Part shown: positions 11,059-24,637 of the stretch, piece by piece | Numbering within the stretch: position 1 is the first letter of the stretch | How the letters are laid out: each line of letters starts with the position of its first letter | Source: Atractiella rhizophila | Lineage: Eukaryota | Direction of reading: 5' to 3' | DNA: 64,000 nucleotides | Assembly (NCBI GenBank): GCA_021432655.1 | Contig: MU271316.1 | Location: forward strand, 1 to 64,000 | The notes under the pieces: model-generated | What the model saw: the letters and a program-made list of their open reading frames with translations, nothing else | Database searches by the model: none | Told to the model about the DNA's origin: nothing | Position numbers and translations under genes: made by a program

Positions 11059-12508
11059 ACCGCAAGAGGGATTTTGACCACTTTGTCTGACACCAAATCC
11101 CGATCATGACCATGTTCGAGACGTCCGACAGGATATGAACCCTTACCTTATCAGTTCTAGTTGTCCTGTAGACCCCTCTATAGGTGTATTCATAGCTATT
11201 GCTTCTGTCAGCTCTCACGAGATCTGACTTCGCCAAAGGACCGAAACTAACACCCGCTTGCCGATCCGTCGACGCTCATCTTTATAGCTACTAGTTTTGG
11301 TTTCTTTCAACGTCCTATTGACTGTTACTAACAAACCCAAAAAGTCAGCCAAACCAGTTAACAAGGCGATCCCAAAATAAACAACAGAGACAGATTCAAC
11401 TTTCAACGGATTTAACGTCTCAAGGGACATTGATGACTGGCGGCACTTTGTTGCTCTGTGACATGTACCAGTTTCATTTCACTTGGCTCCAGTGATCTGT
11501 GCCTGTGAAACTTGTTTCCAACACACCAATGTGACACCTCACAAAGCACTGTTCTAGAGTGCAACTTGAAGAACACACCTTCGACGGTATCCCAATTTTC
11601 AGAAATTCTGGAAAGTGAAGAATCTCCCCCTTCTCAAATGGGCCACTTCGAACAGCAGTTATGAATTGATCCAGATCGATCAGATAAATTATCTGACCAA
11701 TCCTGTTCCTTTCCTTTCTGCTATAACAAGTGTGTTGGTTTGTGTCCTCCCCTCAGAACATTAACCCTTGCTAGCCTTTGCCCCTTGGACGCGGACGGAC
11801 AGATCGGAGAAGAAAAAGGACGAGAGGGCGGGCGGGCCATCCGCGGCGCTCTGGCAACTGGTTGACAACTTCTGACTACGACTCCGCAACAGCTGACGGC
11901 GCATTTTGCAGAATTTTCAGTACGCGTTTACTAGAGTTGAAACCGGTGAACGCTGGTGGTGTGGCAGTCGAATATGGATTCCGTCTGCTTGAGGAGCGCT
12001 CCTTGTTGTTCGCGGGGGTGTTCAAGACCAGGTTTAGGGGATATTTCCACAGGATAGGCTTGATGCCGAGTCAAGATGGTTCAAGTTGTCGTAGAACGTA
12101 AGAGCAACCTAGCAGATCCCTTTGCCCGCTCTAGCTGTCGTTCTCCATCGCCATGTTGCTGTTCCCACGCTGGCGGGTATCCACCCTGTTTGACACCCGC
12201 GGTCGACGGGCATGGCTGGTGGAGGCTGTATAAATACCTGAGTGCGACAATGTTCCGTGCAAGGTTCACAATTACTGTATTGATTCACATTCTCAACAAT
12301 ACTCAGCGTCACTCACTTACATTTTCGTGCACCTCAACGACCACGAACCTATCAAAATATCAGAACATCAGCATTAGAACCATCCGCCCCTTCCAGGGAA
12401 GAAAAACGAATTCCTAAGTGTTCCAACAACGAGAAAACATCTCCCCCACAGTGATTGGTGCATAACTACTGTCCTCTAGTGTCAATTGTGGCTTTGTCTT
12501 TTCACCTG

Positions 12509-13560
12509 ATGGATCAGGCGGTCATCGATAGCTGCCGGGCTATCAACAAAGCGACGGATTCCTATTCCTCCTACTGGGACACCAACACGCTCTCTCCCAC
12601 TGTCACCCCTTGCATATACAAAACTGGCCCTTTGTGGCACAAACGCACAGGGCCGGAGGCACAAGGAATCGTGCGAGAACCCCGCCCCACTACCGTCATT
12701 CGATTCAGCCTATTTGGGGATCTGTTCGTGACTCCCTTTCGGTACCCTTGACCTCCATCAATCCCCTCGCCTACGCTGATGCCGGGGAGGCTGAACCCTT
12801 TTGCTCTTTTATCATTTCCATCGGTGTGGAACCCAAGTTGTTTGCATACAACGATGCAGTTACTGCTGGGGCCGCCGTCCAGAGCGTCCCCGCGGATGTT
12901 GGTCATCCGACTATCGAGGTCGCGTTCGTAGAATCCGTCATTCATCGTCATAGCGCTGGTCGCAAGCTCCTCTCGTTCAATCCCCTTTGGGACAAACTCC
13001 CCGAGCTACGCATGCCATTTACCGACGTTCTTGGGGTGGCCATTGCACCCGCTAAACATCCCCATCATGAAGGGACGGGTGCGCTGTTCTACCGCCTCAG
13101 TAGTAGCGACGACCGTGTCGACCTCCTTACTTGTGCCCACGTTGCCCGTCCCCAGAAGCTTACAAAAACACGGGCATGATGTGGAGCTCAGGACAGCCAC
13201 AAGAGGATGTAATTGCGCTTGGTACGGGGCATACAGCAATGCCGTTACGGCTATCATGGGGGTGATTGGCGAACAGTTCGAGAACATCGAAATTTGGAAT
13301 GACGCGCCTAAGCGCTCAAGCGACTGGGAGATCCAGTCGAAGGGGAACTCGCAACGATATCCGCGGCGCGTGAGGAGTACAGGGACTTGATCAGAAAGGC
13401 TGGGATGACCACCGAACGGGCGAATGCCCTTTATGATGAAGTGACTAAACACCGTAGCATCGCTCACCAAAGAGTCATGGACTATGTCCTTCACTCTGAA
13501 AAGATTGAGGCCGTTCACCTGTCAACTCATGGACTGAAGGATGCTCCAGATTTGCACGGC
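12509..13560 (+). pseudogene. Frameshifted relic of an uncharacterised basidiomycete family with a possible trypsin-like (Ssy5/S64-like) region
   Basis: IISIGVEP...IEVAFVES...PFTDVLGVAIAP...EGTGALFYRL...LLTCAHV. Homology continues across at least three frames. Confidence 0.5.
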
Positions 13561-15588
13561 GGCATTGCCCAGGCTAGGACTTCCATCGACGCGCTTGAAG
13601 CACTCGGTTGGAACGAAGAAGGGCAGCGAGGTGGAAAAAGGACGGTGGATGCATTGGCCCGCTTGCTGGGGTGACGAGGCGGAGGAATGACCTACCGGGG
13701 CCTATTGGACAACCGAGGGATAGAGACGCTTGCAGATCTTGGTCTCTCAGATGTATCTCCCTTGAACCCTCGCCGCTCTCCGATTACGTGGTGCGTGGTG
13801 CAACGACCGCAGGATGCAAGCAAGTTGCTGCTCTCCTTTGATCGCCCGTTCCTGCTAGCGAGAGGGAAGCATGTACAGGTTGATGCCTGTGTCAATCTGC
13901 AAGAATGCATCATTCTTCTTGGTGGGTGCGTGGAGTAAAGTGACAGAGAGGAAGTGGAGTTGATAGTAGCTGGGGGGGAGTCGGTGCTTCTGAATGGCGC
14001 GAGATGGCGAAGACTGCGAACATGTTACCAACTTTTCAGATGTATTCAGCGACTGTGGAATACTGAGACCTGTACCGCCCACGCGAACTACGATGCTCAA
14101 GCGCATCTCGACTAATGAGCAGGAAAGCAAGGAATAAACCTACCACAGGCTTCCAGACCTTCATCCAGCCGTCGCCGACACAACTCACCCACCTTCCCGC
14201 CCTGTCCTTCAAGGGGTTTGTTTTCATCCCTTGTGGCGGCATAGTTGGGGGCATAAAGTAAAGGTCCGCCCTCGAATTGTTTACTTTCTTATATCTCTGT
14301 CCGTTTCCTTGACTAAGATAATTTTTAGGCCCTCTTTATCCTCCAGATGGGGTTACGCTCTCCTAGTCACTGCCATCATCTCCGCTTGCTACCGCTATGG
14401 CATCCTGTCACGTCTCCGCCGTCACCTCTCGATGACACCTGTTTGTGTTATTGTCTCACCTTCTTTTCTTTTAAGGTCCCTGCTCAGATGCCATGAGGAT
14501 GAGTAAATAGGATAAAAGGTATGTTTTATCACTTATTTTTATTTCTCACGTCTTTCATTATTTTCTGCTTCATACGCTCTGGGATAGGTCTCCTTTAATG
14601 CACCCATCATCTTCTCGCGTTTTTGACACTCTTTTCGTCAGCTGCCATCGATGCCTCATGTCCTGCAGCTGTCCATCCAAGGCGTACTACACTCATCACC
14701 ATCCGCCTTATCCTGTTTCGGGCCACTGTCACCACCACACCACTCTCCCCACAGCGGGTGCTGCTCACAAATGGACAGTGACCAATTTGTTCCCTTCTTT
14801 CTGTTTTTTGAAACTGATATGGATTACGACAGGACCTTCACTTCTCTCCTTCCGCTTGCATCATTCTCCCGCATTCACGCTAATTATCGACAAATAGCCC
14901 ATACCGTCATCATCCCTCCCACAGTTTGCAATTTTGTCATGATACTGTTAGCTACTTTCAACAGCAGTGTGTGCCAGTAATATAAATAACGAACAAATGA
15001 TGTGTACATTTATTACACAATGCATTGGATGTTGGGAATGACTGAACGATACTGAAATCAAAACTATTTGTGTATTACAATTGACTGAAAGAGCCTTCCT
15101 CGAGCTTTGATTTAATCAAGGTAATCGTAGATGGAGGAATCTAAAAGTTGGGCGTTCTAATGGCGACGTATAAAAAGACAAGAGGCTGAGGCTGAGACGG
15201 TGTATCTATACGGTGGTGTACTGACTGGCAAATTGAAATCAGCAGTGGCAATTGAAGGATATTGAAGGCCTGAGCCGGATAGAAAGAAGCTGCACGCTGC
15301 TCTGCCTGGCTAACTGAACTGCTCAACCTCGTTTGGAACAGTTCTAACGCTGACCTGACCAGGTTTCGAGCCGATCCTTTGGGGACTTAATTCTTGCATA
15401 TGCCGAAGATGGACTGTTTTGCCGCATTTTCGTGCACGCTTGCTACACACAAAACTTCTCTCTCTGCCATAAATTTCAATTAATTCAACATACACTCCTC
15501 GCCTCGAATCAAGCTTGTACGAGACAGGTGAAGGAGAACAACAACGTTGGAATGAAAGAACAGTTTGAGACCTCAGATAGTGATCATG

Positions 15589-16996
15589 TCAATCATAGGC
15601 CTCGTCAGCACTTTTCCTCACTAACCGTCTTACTTTCTTCTTGTACTCTGGTCTCGCGCAAATCAGATCCAAGACTATTGGTAAATCACAGGGAAAAAAA
15701 AGCACCTTTTGGATTCTCTCTCCATTCTTTCGCCGCGTCAATGTTTGCCGGCGATTCTACATTCGGGTTCTCCGACGACAGCATTGAAATGACGCTGACC
15801 AACTAAAGCACCATAATTACTAACACCGTTGACAAGGATGGCGAGGCACTCACGATCGACTCGACGGTATGAACGGGGAGCCAACGCTCGCCTGCATCCT
15901 CGTATCCGTACTGGTCTTCACCTGGAGCATGGAGAATAGAAATGCAGACGCCGCCATCGTTATAAACTGCTCCATCGCCAACCAATCAGAACAGCTCTCA
16001 GAATAGGGACAGCGAGGAAGGCCCACTGTTGGGATGCCACATTTGTGTAAGGAACTTCATCTTCGGTGGAAGGAGGGGGAACTCAGGAGGGAAGGAAAGC
16101 CGAGCTTTTAGAAAGCCCCCTTCGTACAGGGTATCTTGCGGCCTAAAGTCAAAAGGTGGTAAGTTCCCGAAAAGCGTGTAAATTTGAATCAGTAGTTGAC
16201 TAGGACGGTGATAACGGGTTAAACGTAGAGATGCAAAAACCAGAGTGGGAGGGAAACGTAAATGTAAACATTGCTTGTGCCCTGACTTCGTTTTACTTCC
16301 GACTTAACCCACATCATGCCTGTATTGAGGTATTGAGGCCTGACTCAAACAAGATTACGGGAACATCATAACACACAAAGAAACCGCATATTAAGTCCAT
16401 TCTCTGGAAGCAAATGTAAAACGATCCAAGCAACACATGAGCATGGACCTTGACCACTCAACAGCTGTTAGCTCATCGGTATAACATGATCTTTCAATAC
16501 TACGAGCGAGATAGCGCAGGAGCTCTTACCCTCTGCTTTCCACGATCACAGATGTAATCAATCACCAGTGATCGAGGATAGGCCCAAGAGGTGGCGACTT
16601 CCGCAAATGCCAGCCTCTAGCAGGGGACTCTCAAAAGCTAGCATGGAAGGTACGAGGAAACCGTACTATCAACACGCTACACAAGGATATGGCACAGATA
16701 ACTAGCATGAGATGTGTGGCTATTTCGAATCGCACGACAAAGCGATTCCATGGATCGTTCCAACTTTCGAAATCGCCAGCAAGACTCCCTCTTACCGAAG
16801 CCAACAAACTTACGGAATGATCAGTATTTCCCACTCATAGATGTTATCATCATCCACCAATCCCGCACTGAAGCCCTCGACGGGATGTTTCTGAAGTTCT
16901 GGTTGCCGTTATCAACCCTGCGAGAATGCCCACGATCATAAGATAGAGCGCACCTTTGAGCTGTCGACGCAATTGCAAAGCTGACGAAGATGCCAT
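15589..16996 (-). CDS. Ubiquitin-conjugating enzyme E2, acidic-loop class (UBE2G1/Ubc15-like)
   Basis: Spliced product [124 protein letters not shown]...EYKKKVRRLVRKSADEAYD*. HPN motif, catalytic Cys and acidic insertion are present. Confidence 0.95.
16143..16813 (-). other. Unusually long (671 nt) stem-loop-rich intron of the E2 gene; possible ncRNA host
   Basis: GTAAGT donor at 16813 and TTTAG acceptor at 16143. Several 5-8 bp stems inside. Most other introns in the window are ~50-60 nt. Confidence 0.55.
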
Positions 16997-17377
16997 TCTG
17001 GTCTGAAGCCGTTGATTAAGCGTTGATGAAGCCGTTGATGGATTCGTTCTCATCAACCCGGGCGGGCGGGAAAGGAAGTTGGGAAGTCTTGGTCGACATT
17101 ACAATTGATTATGTCTCCCAAGCTGGTACGGTGCGGTACGGTTCACGGCAACAATCCGTCTATGACGTCAATCTTGGAGCTGAGCGAAAGCCAGCAATGG
17201 ATGCATGATGGATGGAGCTTGACGGAAGCAGCTAATACACGTGATGTTCCTTTGCTCATCAACCACGAAGCTCAAGCCCAGCCTCTGGCCGTAACCCACT
17301 GGCATCCCTACCGAGCACCTTACGAAACGCCTCATTGACTCTTTATTACAATAATTTGTCCCAGATTGACGGCGAAG

Positions 17378-18557
17378 ATGACATTGCCCATACCCTGGCC
17401 AGTACCAGAAATGTTACGCGTCCACCCACCCCCTCGCCCCACCTCACTGGCCACTGAATCCGATAATGCGACCTCCAGCCGCCAGTCAACCGCACAAGGC
17501 GACTTCCGGTGGTTGGAATTCCATTATGGTGGGAAGATGTGTGTTTTCACACAGCTGTCGAGCGGTGCGGAGTGGTGCCGCGTACTGGAAGTGCGGAATG
17601 ATTTTTTGGTATGTTGCTCTATTTGGCAACAACTGTGAACTGTGTAGGACAATATGGTATTAACAATTTGGGATGAAGCAAGACGCGCTGAAGATGCTCA
17701 ACTTGCTGCCAATCGATTTTCGAAGTGAAGGATATCAGAACCTCTTTCCGTCCGTATTCAACCAACCATTTGATATCGGCACCCTGGGCTTCCTGCCTAA
17801 CATAGATGTTTTGAAATATTTTGTTTTAGTCGAAGAAGGACATCTACGATATCGCGAAGATTGCCTCTCGAAAGGGCAAGGAGACCCTGGCAGATTTTCC
17901 TATTCAGAGTTCTATGGCCAATTCGACGCCAGCGGTGTAGAGTTCGACGCATACTTCATTAGGAGCAAGGCGGACCTCAAGCGAATCTATAGATCCCTCG
18001 ACAACGAGCTGTGCTATACCGACGCCAAAGCACCTATCACATCTTGCCATCCTTTTCCGCGGATCAAGCTATTCCTTTCTTTAACAATCACGATTTGGGT
18101 AGAAGTGGATCGACTGAACACGATGCACAAGAGTGCAACGGCAGATCCATACGTTTGGTCTTCTTTTAACCCGTTGCTCGAAGCTGAGGCGGTATAGGTC
18201 AATTTACAACTCGCCCAATATCTGAAAGCTTTGTGGACGGCGTCGCCGTCCGACCGTACGGAATTAGACTCCTGGAGACCACACTTTCTTCCGGTTCCAG
18301 GGCTCTGGCCGTATGCAGAAGAGTCACCTGGTTTTACTTTATTCTCGACCACCATGCCTACAGGTACCGATCTCCCAGGCTTGTCATTTACCTCACAATC
18401 GTGTGCTCTAACTTGGTCTTTGCCTGAATTTGACTATCAAGAGAAACCACAGCCAGAAGCGAAACCGAAAAATCTCAAATTCTCAGGAATGACAACGGAG
18501 GAAGCTATGTCGCAAGCACTTGCGTCCAGGGGTTTGACCATCGTAGCAGAACATTGA
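17378..18557 (+). CDS. Uncharacterised multi-exon protein, possible HNH_2-type endonuclease domain
   Basis: MCVFTQ...EWCRVL...YQNLFP...FDIGTLGFLP loosely matches the fungal HNH_2 pattern (C..T...H...N...FD.G). Successive ORFs are separated by intron-like gaps. Confidence 0.4.
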
Positions 18558-18771
18558 CTCGTTGAGTAACTTAGTCAGGGTTATGGAAACAGTGAATTTT
18601 TTGTTGGACGGACGCGCTGTTTGAACATTTCATCCTGTATTTGGATGCTGAAATATATGTGTATTTGGGACAGGCCACTACAACTGGGCAAGGTGGACGA
18701 AAATTTGTTTTCAGAGATAGTAACACAGTTGTTTATAACTTCGTGTTGATAAGGGGCTCGTCATCCCTTCA

Positions 18772-20823
18772 TCAATTATACAGGTCAAATGAACCTTCGG
18801 CTCGATCCAAACCGACTATTTTCCTCTCTGCAACAGGAGCTGCAACTTCCCAATCATATGCCAAAGTCATCTTTGCCCCTGGTTCCAAGTCCACCTTCCA
18901 CTCAATCGCTCCCATGCCCTTCTCCCCGTCTTCTCCCTTAACACGACTGGCATAGATTCCCTTCCCGCAATCTGTCCACGTCCCGTCTTCTGCCAATACA
19001 GGTAATGTGAGCCTCACGATGAGGTTTTCATCTTGAGACACAGGAACTTGATCCTTTATGTGAATGGCGATTCGTGTCCCTTTGGTGTTGTGGATGAACG
19101 TGCGCTGCGAAAACGCCTGCACCTTCATTCGAGAGAGGATTCCGGTGGTAAAAACGCGTTTGACGAGCGGGTGATAGACCAGTCGGACAGAAGAATCCAC
19201 GCTGTTCAGCTTTTAGTTTATTCAACACCTTAATAATAGGCATACCCAAGGTGAATAAGAAATTCCTCGTTCACGCTGACGTCCCGCAACGTCGAGTTCG
19301 CCACAAAGCTCCCATCTAGGTAGACCGCAATCGGACCGCTAAGAAGCTGATAATCTGACGAGTTTTTGACTTTACTCTATAGAGTTATTTAACGCGCCTT
19401 CTGTACCGCCCAGAGAGAAACACACATTCAAGTACACTTTCGGCATTTTCCTTGGGACAGCAATCCATTCCAGGGCAGCGTTCAGACCGAGTTCTGCGAT
19501 AGTAACGGTTTTGGTTCTTTCTTTCCTTTGGGATAGAGTCGACCCTCCAGTTAGGATCGTCGTTGTGCCAGGAACATCGAATGTTGCGCTCAGATGGCTT
19601 TGTTGCCTCACAGAGGCAGTTGCCATTGTTGCTTGGTGCGGAAGGGGAGCGTCATCATCGAAAAGCCCAAAGCCCATGTCCTCGTCGGACTCTTCGCGCT
19701 CAGCATTATCCACACCACCTTGAACTTCCTTCGCAGCAGGGCGGTGGAAAGATATTGGCCCTTTCAAACGAGTGAGGACGTTGCATTCGTCGAGAGGAGC
19801 AGCTCACAAGGATCCAGCGTTGGCGGCACGTTACTGAAAGACGGCTGGGACGTGGACAATGTGACGGAGACGGCCCTCCAATCCTAGACTATCATGAGAA
19901 TTCGATCGAATCTGGGAAACAAAACCTCACCTCTCCCGTATGCTGAGAGATTTTGGCTTTATAAGTGAGACGCACAGGTTTCTCGCCCTGTTTCGCAAGG
20001 AGGGTCGTAATGCGTCCATCGTATAAAGGCTCCCAACTCGCATCGTTCACAGCTGGGACGGTTTCAAACAGCTGTTCAAAGCAAAAGCGAGGGACGGACC
20101 GTATGTCATCGTCAGCTGAACTTCAGTATCATCCGCCGCCCAGACACCAATCTTTGCCTGTGACCGCAGCATGTCACTCTTTCCTTGCAATTTTTCCATT
20201 TCTTGCCTATTGATTTTGTCCGTTTCCGCTGTGATAGATTTACTGCAAGTTTGAAGCTTTTCATTGATTTCCCTGTACTCGTCATCCATCAAAGCTCGTT
20301 CCTTGCTCTGAAAACCGATTATGGAAGCAAGTTGATCAGGGTTTACTGGTATATCTGCTCAGCGTCTAGGAAATTCTATCAAGAATAAAGGGTACGCACC
20401 ATCGCGCGGCGTGATGGCTTTCGTGTATGCCACTAAGATTTGAATCCTCTCTTGTAGGCGAGATTTTGCATCATTCAGCTCCTGCTTTTCCTTTTCCAGA
20501 GCAGCAAGGCTGTCGGAACGTAGAATAGGACGAAAAATTGGAGAAGTTGTCAAAGCAACATGTTTCAGAATTATCTGTGCGTGCCCTGCTCCTTCAACTC
20601 TGCGAGGCAGTCAAAATCTGGAGACTGGAGGAAGGAGAAACGCAGACGCTGACTTTAAGCTGTCGAGCACAATGTTGGACGGTAAATCTGAAATCACCAC
20701 CTCATTTTCTTCCTTTTTCACAGAGCAGTTTACGGTCCTTTTGATCTCGGCTCGAGCGGTGTAGAGCGTGACGTGACTGATGGGAAAGGTGGAAGCAGAA
20801 AGATCAACTGTGTTGATAGACAT
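18772..20823 (-). CDS. DUF4140/DUF4139 (mucoidy inhibitor MuiA-like) protein, multi-exon
   Basis: N-terminus PISHVTLYTARAEIKR...VISDLPSNIVLDSL. Later LEWIAVP, LLSGPIAVYLDGSFV, IKDQVPVSQDE and IEWKVDLEPG. Confidence 0.85.
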
Positions 20824-22035
20824 TTTTTGGATTGTTGAATCACTAATAACAGCTGTTGTGCAAACGGTGTCGCCCTTATGCTTGCTTGACACTACTATCA
20901 GTGTCCCCACTTTTGAATGAAGTAAACAAGTCACACACGAGTCACCCTCGGAAACGCGGCGGCTTCTCCTGAGTTGGAGTTGGCAATCGTGCAAAATACA
21001 GGAAGTCACAGGAGTGCGGCGTCCATGACCTTGGAAGAATGTCATCCGCCAACTAAGGGATTTGCAATTTTCCTACACCGCATTAAAGTACACGCAACTC
21101 TAGGAGACGCTCCTTTTTAAGCGTCTGAACGGCGCGTTCAGAGACGAGAAAGCGTGATAACGAAGCTACGATACTCCTTATCTGAGGCATCGTTGGCGTA
21201 AAACGTCGTGCACGATATGCACTCTTTCGAAATCATCCTTAAGACGACACTCTTCCTGAAGAGACCTGTATCAAACCTGGCACTCCAATCGCGAATTCGA
21301 TGTTCTTTGTATTATCTCAAAAATTTGAACTCTCCTCTCAACGATCGACTGCCTCGCCTGGAAATGCTTTGCAGGACTGCCGCGGTGCTTGAACACATTG
21401 TCTCATCAATGTATAAGAGGAAGGTAAATAATAAGGAACGAGACTTGGTTCCGACATGGGTACCTGAGTCGTGACGGCTGCTTGGCAGAAGAACATTCAG
21501 GAACCCTGCAGCATCTCAAGAGTCAATTGCTAGGGAACAAATCGAGTCATCAAGAACACTAGGCTCTGGGTTCAAGGAAGCCCAACAGAAATGGAGCATC
21601 GTCTCGAGTGTACGATAAAACGATCCCATTTGATACAGAGATGTCAACAACGTACTTCTCTCCTCCCCATCCTTTACTGCCACAAAGTCTCCAGAAGCTC
21701 CCACTGCATTGATCCTTGTTCCTCCTAATGACTCCCGAGGTTGAGATTAGAGGATGATTCGTTGAAGATCTTATTGCGAATCTGTAATTTATGCAGCATC
21801 TGGGGTAGTTTTCTGATGTTTAGAATAAAGCGAAGACGTGCAACAAAGAATATCACTTCGTAGCAATGAAAATGATGAACCTTTGTTGTCCACGTTATTG
21901 CACGTGGGGCATTCAAATGACGAACGCAAATGCAAGGCAACAAGCCTTTGTTTCGAACGCGTTACAATTCTGCACATCTGTTCTCTTTCTCACTCTGCAG
22001 CCCCAGCTCAACCCCTTCCCAGCGTCGCATGAGAC

Positions 22036-24386
22036 ATGCCCACGTCCCGTGTGCTCACCTTCCGTGACACTTCCCCAGTTGACGAGCTGGAGTTCGACCT
22101 ACCGCATCCCTCTTCAACCCGTCCCCTCCCTCCTAATCCAATTCCACTCTCCATCTTCCCACCAGAAATAATAACATCTATAGGCGCCCAATGCGACTTT
22201 CCTTCTCTTCTCGAGTTCTCATGCGCATCAAAGCGGATACGAGCGCTCCTCTTCGTCTTGCTCTTCAGGAGCGTGGACATCACTAAGACCTATAAGAAGG
22301 AAAGTGATAAGGCGCTGGATTGGCTCTGGAAATTCAGGACTTTCGGCTTATCGCGCGTGGGAGGGGTTATCAGGCACTTGTCCATTCGAATTCGCGAGCC
22401 TAGCAGGGATCAAGGATTCGCCTACGACAAGGAGGGGTTGAGGACGTGGGCTCAACAGAACTACTACAACACCCGACATCGATTCGTCATTTACAGGTGG
22501 AAGGAGGATGAGCCGGTCGATGAGGATTTAGAGAAGCCGCCATGCGACTGGGGGTTGAAGGAAGGTGAGGTGTTGAGCGAGAAGACGGTGAGGGAGTTGG
22601 AACGGCAAGCAGGCTTATTAGACCTTAGACCCGAAGGTGGGTCTCTCCTCTGCGCTTTCTAAGGCACTGATCCTATTGTTGTGCGGTATCGACAAAGAAC
22701 CAACTCCTCCTCCCAAGTCCCCCAGCCCACCACCAATGCCTCCCCGCTCTCCCTCTCCTGAGCCAAAAAAGATCCCCACTAAAAGAGCACCTAAACGAAA
22801 GGCGAACACTACACGTGGGCGGAGAAGTAAACGAACGAAAAGGAACAAATCTTCGCCTCCACCTGTTGAGGGGAAAGAGGATGAGGAACAAACTGAGGTT
22901 CAGGAAGCGTTCGTGGAGCAAACCGGACATAAAGAAGAGGCAGTGGAGAAAAATGATGAGGAGGACGAGAAGGAGGTCAAAGGAGAGTGGACTCCACTAC
23001 CGCGCGCTCCGTACGCTCTCAAGCTGCCTTATACCGTCGCTCCCTTGCCGCCACGAGAGAGACACAACGACCTCACCCGTTCAATCGCCCAGCGTCTCGC
23101 TCCTCAACTTTCCTCCCTAACCATTAGGCTCCCTAAATGGGAAGACAGCCTACTCAATTCACTCCCCAAAGAAGCCGATCCTGAACAAGAAAGGTGGTGG
23201 GAAGCTATTGGGAAGGCAACCGGGCTGGAATGGTTATTTGAGCATCAGAACGAAGGCTGTTGGGATAAATTGAGACATTTGGAAATCATGATGGATGATC
23301 AGAGTTCAAGAGCGCTCGCAGTTGTCTATTGGTTGCTCAAAAAGATTGGGGTGAATCGTGAGCTTTCCCATCGACAATCTGTATCGTGCACGGCTGAGTG
23401 GCATGGATGGAACAGTCAGGAGTCTGATCCTCACCGGCGTATATCGACTCCCTCCCAAACATATTCCGCTGCTCGACCTCATCTCCTCCCTCCCCATCGT
23501 CCACCTCTCAATCAAAATCGGCGTGCACGTTGTTCACCCTTTCTTCTCCATCTTCACACAACCCCCCACTCCTCCCTCCGCAAACTCCCTCGCTCTTTCC
23601 GCGCCAGTTCAAGCCTTCCACAAGCTCAAGAGCCTACACATCACCTTCTCTCCAGGCGAAAGCACGAGGATCGGGCTTCCCCTCCTCTTCCCGTTTCTTT
23701 CCTCTCTTCCTGACCAACTCGAGGAGCTTGCACTCTCCCGGTTCGCTCCCATCAACTTCGACCCCTTCGACGCTAACAGGATTATCGAATTCCCCAGTCT
23801 GAGAATCCTCAGACTCTGGCTATTACCGTCAGAAGAGACTGCCCGATCTTTCGCTCTGTTTAGAGCCTTTGAAGGGGCGAGGAAATTAGGGTTAATCGAA
23901 TTGAGGGGAGACCTGAAGGATGTGTCAGGCAGTAATACGAGGGATGACAAGCTGTTTCAGGGAGGATGTACGTCTCCCATTTCCTCTTTCCCTCCGTTCT
24001 TTGTATTTCGGTTTGATCCTGAATTGTACGCACTGTAGATGTCAGTAGTCTTTCGACCCTCGTTCACTGGCTTCATCAGGATCTCTGGCCAGAACTCGTA
24101 CAAATTAACATAGGACACCCCAATTACAAGACCGACGTCAGTTTATCTTTCTCCTCTTCCTCTCCTCCTTTCTACTCGCACTATGCTAACGTCGAGTCGG
24201 TTGGTGACACAGAAGTTCAGCCGCCCGAAACATCCCGACAACAAAGACGACTGGCACTTCAACCCACGGAACGATGGAGCCGTGAGAGCCTTGATGGCAT
24301 TCAGAGGCGGAAGAACTGTGAAGTGGAAAGCGCAGATAGGACCTTGGCCAAAGAGAAAGAGGAGGGACGTAGATTCCGATTATTGA
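22036..24386 (+). CDS. F-box-like protein with LRR/RNI-like C-terminal region
   Basis: FPPEIITSIGAQCDFPSLLEFSCASKRIRALL..LFRSVDI is an F-box pattern. LxxLxL repeats follow downstream (LKSLHI, LEELAL, LRILRL). Confidence 0.7.
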
Positions 24387-24637
24387 TCCTCTTTCACCGG
24401 GTTCCATGAAAGCCGTTTGGCGTTACCTTCTTTTGATATAACCCTTAGTCGTCATCCATTTTCGAATCAAGTTTGAAGTAGATAATTGTTTGCAGGTAGC
24501 TTGTCAGAGGTGATAGTTTGTAGTGGTTACGTTGCATATTTACTTCGCATGCAGGTTGACTAAGGTAAAACAAATGTTATTTGTACAGTTTCATCAATCC
24601 GTCTCTTCTTTGCGACAAATTCGAGGACACTCAAGCA

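Noticed and set aside
11042..11430. Upstream exons of the NLR gene
   Set aside because: The visible GTAAGG...TGTCAG intron (11146-11087) does not join the listed ORF to the patatin frame. Unresolved without transcripts.
14036..14254. hAT transposase fragment (CVGDGW)
   Set aside because: One short motif only, with no other transposase motifs or TIRs.
16390..16680. RNase MRP/P RNA (GAGAGTCCCC ... ATGGACTTA after a P3-like hairpin)
   Set aside because: The P4 pairing is short and I could not find P1/P2 or convincing conserved regions. It needs a covariance-model search.
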